Of a stretch of 64,000 nucleotides of DNA, positions 61,133-64,000 are shown piece after piece. Both the position numbers and the translations under genes were made by a program. The first letter of the stretch is position 1, and each line of letters opens with the position of its first letter. Source of the stretch: Takakia lepidozioides (Eukaryota; Plantae; Bryophyta). Below the pieces are notes generated by a model that ran no database searches, was not told the origin of the DNA, and was given only the letters and a program-made list of their open reading frames with translations. The DNA lies in contig CM060733.1 in the NCBI GenBank assembly GCA_030704615.1, positions 19,220,001 through 19,284,000 on the forward strand. Reading direction: 5' to 3'.

Positions 61133-64000
61133 ATGTGCAGGGAGGGTTTCTTTCCACGAGTTAGGCTACATCAGGGTCGTGCCATGAAGAATATTCGGAC
61201 ACGAGCAATTGCTAGGGAGTTCACAAAAGTGAACGGAGTGCGTATAAACGGAACGAAAGTGGAGGGTACAAAATTATCTGGGGGTAAGATAGACGAGATT
61301 AACGAGGCCTCGCTCATCAGTCAGGATAACGGGGTCTCGAGTAGTGTGATTGCGGCCATGGCGGCTGCTATTTTAGCAGTTGACAAACAGAGAAGGGTAG
61401 AAGCAATGACTCACAAAACAACTGTTCCCATTGACTCATTGCGGCGCGGCAAGTTGGTAGAAGGTGATTTCGTCTATCGGCAGACGTTTGTGATTCGATC
61501 TTATGAAGCCGGGTTTGACAAAGTTGCTTCTATTGAGACCATCACAAACCTTTTCCAGGTACTTTGTCCATTGTAAGGGTTGTAGTTGACATCGCAGGGG
61601 TAGTTCTAGCAAGTAGCTCAACTTAATCACTACTGGTTGGGGTTGTCACCCATATGTCGCTCTCCCTTCTAGCTTCACTTTCCAGTCTCCTACTGGTCTA
61701 ATATGCCTCTTCTTAGCATTTGTTGTGAGTCCTAAAAACTTGCAGTTGGTGGGGAAGTATTCTACTAGTCTTCAAATTGAATGCAACCCTCAAACCTGGC
61801 CAGACTAGTCTTGCAATATTCATACTCCTGGGTAGTGTATGCAGGAGACTGCTCTGAACCATGTAGGTATGTCAGATTTTGTGGGAGATGGAATGGGCAG
61901 CACCCATGCTATGATTCGGCACCGCCTTATCTGGGTTGTCACCCGAATGCATGTGGAAGTCGACCGATACCCTGTTTGGTATGTATCTAACACACTTCAG
62001 AACTCTATCCAAGTGTAATAGCACACAAGCTACTCAATCAGGCCATAGCATGGGATTAGTTAGTTACAAGCTCTGTGAAACATAATTACAAAGTTTATGC
62101 GCTTGTGCATGTGAAGACTACTGAGGTGGAGTTTTGTGCTTCATTCTCAATTTCACCATCTATGTTGAAAATGCATTTCTTCTGGATTCCCGTGTCAATT
62201 TTCTTTCAGAGAACATATGATACTCCTTTCTAAGATTGGATTTCACAGCAGATCCCGAGGAGATAGCCAGTCTGGAGTCCCCTGGAATGGATCCTCGTAG
62301 TTTTGTGAGGATCTGGTGAATGCCCCCACTGGATCACTTCTCCGTAGATTATGCTAAGAAAAACCCTCGATATGGGTGTTGCAGGGGGGATGTGGTGGAG
62401 ATAGACTCATGGGTGGCAGCAGAGGGAAAGAATGGAATGCGCCGGGACTTTCTTGTTCGTGACTATACAACGGGCCAGATCATCACCCGAGCTACCAGGT
62501 GTGTTGTGTTTTTTTATTGTGATTTGATAAGCCTAAAATTATCTTCTTCTGGGTTTGGCAATCAAAGAGTCACCCTTCAGTTTTCTCTTGTTGGACGGAG
62601 GCGTATATCAATGAGCCACCTACTGTCAAATAAGAGTAACTTTTTCCAAAGAGGCATGAACTTTGAGAACAATTTTCTGTTTGACACCTAGAGTTCTTTC
62701 TCTCACGCCTCCTGTCTGTTAGTTCAATTTTCACCCACTTGACACTCCCATAAGGGACCTTCTGTCATCCTGCTGCGCTGACCTGTCAAGCATAGGAAAT
62801 GAAAGTGTGCCGCCAAGACTAAGAAGTGATATTTGGTGCAGCACATGGGTGATGATGAATCAGGATACCAGGCGATTGTCCAAGATGCCTGAAGATGTGC
62901 TTGCTGAAATTTCACCCTACTATCTGGATAGAAGTGTCATCAAGGAGGACCCTTGCCAGAAAATAAAGAAGCTGACTAATTCAGCACCTTACATCCGCTC
63001 GGACCTTGTTGTAAGATCTCTGAACCCAACAATCCTGGAGACTAATTTACGGCAGCTATCAAATTCTTGGGTGTGTAATCAAGGTCTGAGGAGAGAGGTT
63101 AGAGTAAATTAGCCAATGCCATATTTGGCTATCAAAGATAGTTGTTTCGTAACAAGTGCTGCAAAATACCAATACCTTTCAACAATTCAAGAGAATTACT
63201 GATAACATTATCTGAGTTCAGTTTTGCTTTTCTTTTCCCCTTTCTCATATTTTGGTTTCAAATGGGCTTATAGATTCGTTTTGCCTAAACACCTTCACAC
63301 CCTTTGGTGATAAAAGAGAGATTTGCTGTGAAAGACACATGCTTGTTTCACCCATGTGACCACATTAACTTTGAATCCCTTCTTCCTAGTTTTTGGTACC
63401 CTGCAAATCTCCACCAATTTGTGATGTCTCCCATGTTTGCTCACTGCGGTAAAGAGAGTATTCTGATGCCATGGGTGAATGAATGGATGTGGCTGAAATA
63501 CTCCCGTGACAGTTCCAAGCCAAGTTGTCAGTAAATATTCTTGTCACATGCCTTAATTTTCAATCATCTCTTTTATCTTCTGCAATATGGGAAAAAACCT
63601 TGTAGATTTTTGACACCTCCAATGTGGTCTCTTGTAAAGGTTTCAATCTGATGAGCTGGAATGAACTTGGAATGAATGCAGCCACGGCTCAATGATATGG
63701 ACATGAACCAGCATGTCAACAATGTCAAGTATATTGGCTGGGTGCTTGAGGTATGGTCACTCTTTGTCATCTTTGCTTGCTTTCCCAAAGAATCCTTTTG
63801 CACAGGTTTTGTTGAGGTCAGTTTGTTAAGCTTCTATTTTGTTGTGGCAGAGTGTGCCACAATCACTTTTGGTTGCACATGAGCTGAGGAGCATGACACT
63901 CGAGTACCGACGAGAGTGCACCCCAGCAGATGTTGTGCAGTCCTTGTCCTGCCCGGATCCTCCCCTACCCATTACATTGCAGCGAAGTGGTGATGGAATG
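61133..64000 (+). CDS. Acyl-ACP thioesterase (FatA/FatB family), running off the window end. Exons about 61133-61558, 61845-61978, 62385-62498, 62842-63010, 63682-63750, 63851 onward; start codon uncertain.
   Basis: YRQTFVIRSYEAG.DK.ASIETITNLFQETALNH, LIWVVTRMHVEVDRYP.WGDVVEI, GKNGMRRD, STWVMMNQDTRRLSK, the catalytic motif DMDMNQHVNNVKYIGW, and LEYRREC. Confidence 0.93.

Overview
Nuclear DNA of a land plant, probably a non-seed plant such as a bryophyte (an impression from gene and TE content only). Host genes lie at both ends: a vacuolar sorting receptor, acetylglutamate kinase and an intronless organelle-targeted LAGLIDADG protein on the left, and L-2-hydroxyglutarate dehydrogenase and an acyl-ACP thioesterase on the right. 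Between them is about 46 kb of nested transposons. The main feature is a Ty3/gypsy-type LTR retrotransposon family present in three defective copies (14297-23687 minus, about 26570-29542 plus, about 35640-43743 plus). Its pol carries a DNMT3-like C5 cytosine methyltransferase between protease and RT and a PHD finger fused to the integrase. One copy also carries an SCA7 (Sgf73/ataxin-7) zinc-finger cargo ORF. A TAG-CAA-CCA readthrough-type stop before RT is shared by two copies, and the PBS appears self-priming rather than tRNA-primed. Most unusual are the split, circularly permuted LTRs (B-body-PPT-A-B-A) with a 4-bp TSD. This is the pattern expected if a 2-LTR circle were integrated by cutting an internal GACA-GC-TGTC palindrome. 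Also present: a Copia remnant containing a Tourist MITE, a Sola-like transposase remnant, a Helentron-like remnant, a CRE-like non-LTR element and several repeat arrays.
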